From NCBI GenBank assembly GCA_976551045.1, contig CDPCPM010000102.1, positions 806,001-870,000 on the forward strand: 64,000 nt of DNA, given 5' to 3'. The translations under genes were made by a program, and so were the position numbers. Shown here in pieces: positions 63,130 through 64,000 of this stretch (position 1 is its first letter; each line of letters starts with the position of its first letter). The notes beneath the pieces were generated by a model that was not told the origin of the DNA, did no database searches, and saw only the letters and a list, made by a program, of their open reading frames with translations. This DNA comes from Glaucostegus cemiculus. Its lineage: Eukaryota.

Positions 63130-63399
63130 GTTTCCACATCGCCTTCCTAAACACAGGTCTTGCACTGGTTCGTCAGCCACATTAGAATTCAAATGGAAGC
63201 AGGTTATCTTTAATTATAAAGGAATGCTGGAGATGTTTTTCAAACCAAAAACAAATCTTCCAGAAGTGAAAGAAGATGCACGAGCTAATGACAACAAGCA
63301 AATTAATATTTATGCAAGTGTTAAGCAACTAGACAAATCCTGTGGGGTTCTCCAAAGGTCTGCATCCAAGGGTTCTATTCTTTGGGTCATTTTCAGGTT

Positions 63400-63600
63400 G
63401 GCAGATTCTCAGTTGGGTTTCACAAGGATCAGTTCTGGGCCCTCAGCTGTTCACTATTTGCATCAATACGGTCTTCGTCTGAGTCTCTGCTTCCAAGTTG
63501 ATGCTGATACAAAACAAGCTGGGGAAGTAAGCCACAAGGAACATTCAGCAAGTCGGCAAAGGGTCCCAGACTATTGAAGTGGTGAGCAAAATACTGGTAG
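63400..63600 (+). mobile_element. Old CR1 RT fragment
   Basis: CAAGGATCAGTTCTGGGCCCTCAGCTGTTC (QGSVLGPQLF) and GCTGATACAAAA (ADDTK-like). Confidence 0.55.
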
Positions 63601-63948
63601 GTAGAGTATACAAGAACACTTGGTCCTTCAAGCTTGCCCTCCCATGCAGTATAATCAAGTCTGAATACTTGCTGTGTGTATTCCTATGTTAACTTTGCAC
63701 TTAATTGAAGTGCACTAAACAGCCAGTCTTCTCTCCAAGAGTTCACAACTGTTCTAAGTATTGCCCAATGTCAATCTCGGATGGAACTGGTGAATTGCTG
63801 CACTTGTCTTTACAAAGATTCTGTATTAATACAGGTCTTGTGACTTGGAATGAAGAAAATTTTACAGAATCAGTTTCACAATGCAGTAAAAATGAGTTGC
63901 ATCAGCACAGAAGCAACTTGTATTAGTAACGTTGGGGAGCTCTAATTA

Positions 63949-64000
63949 CAGGCACGATAGCGTAGTGGTTAGCGCGATGCTGTTACAGCACCAGCGATTG
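63949..64000 (+). mobile_element. SINE tRNA head cut by the window end
   Basis: GGCACGATAGCGTAGTGGTTAGCGCGATGCTGTTACAGCACCAGCGA matches the heads at 33606 and 62834. Confidence 0.8.

Noticed and set aside
1-64000. Prokaryotic or viral systems (CRISPR, operons, endogenous virus, DNA transposase)
   Set aside because: No regular repeat-spacer array, gene-dense region, gag/env/capsid-like ORF or DDE transposase remnant recognised

Overview
Eukaryotic, CpG-depleted vertebrate DNA with no recognisable host protein-coding exon, RNA gene or CRISPR array. The repeat families (CR1 LINEs with short tandem tails, V-domain tRNA-SINEs, Rex1/Babar LINEs, Penelope-like elements, old L2) suggest a cartilaginous fish, probably a ray or sawfish; this is inference from repeat type. 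Unique sequence looks T/G-rich on the + strand by eye, as in an intron of a large + strand gene. Every meaningful ORF in the track is retrotransposon-derived. Main points of interest: (1) many Penelope-type tails carrying degenerate minimal hammerhead-ribozyme motifs, including a tandem pair plus an inverted tail; (2) V-SINEs whose 3' tail matches the Rex1 3' end, alongside a V-SINE with a CR1 tail; (3) a young, CpG-retaining Rex1 family in two near-identical copies with readable target-site duplications; (4) multi-layer nested insertions; (5) let-7 complementary sites in an older Rex1 3' UTR; (6) a few enhancer-like unique segments. Boundaries of old repeats are approximate (tens of bp), and family names come from motif recognition, not database searches.
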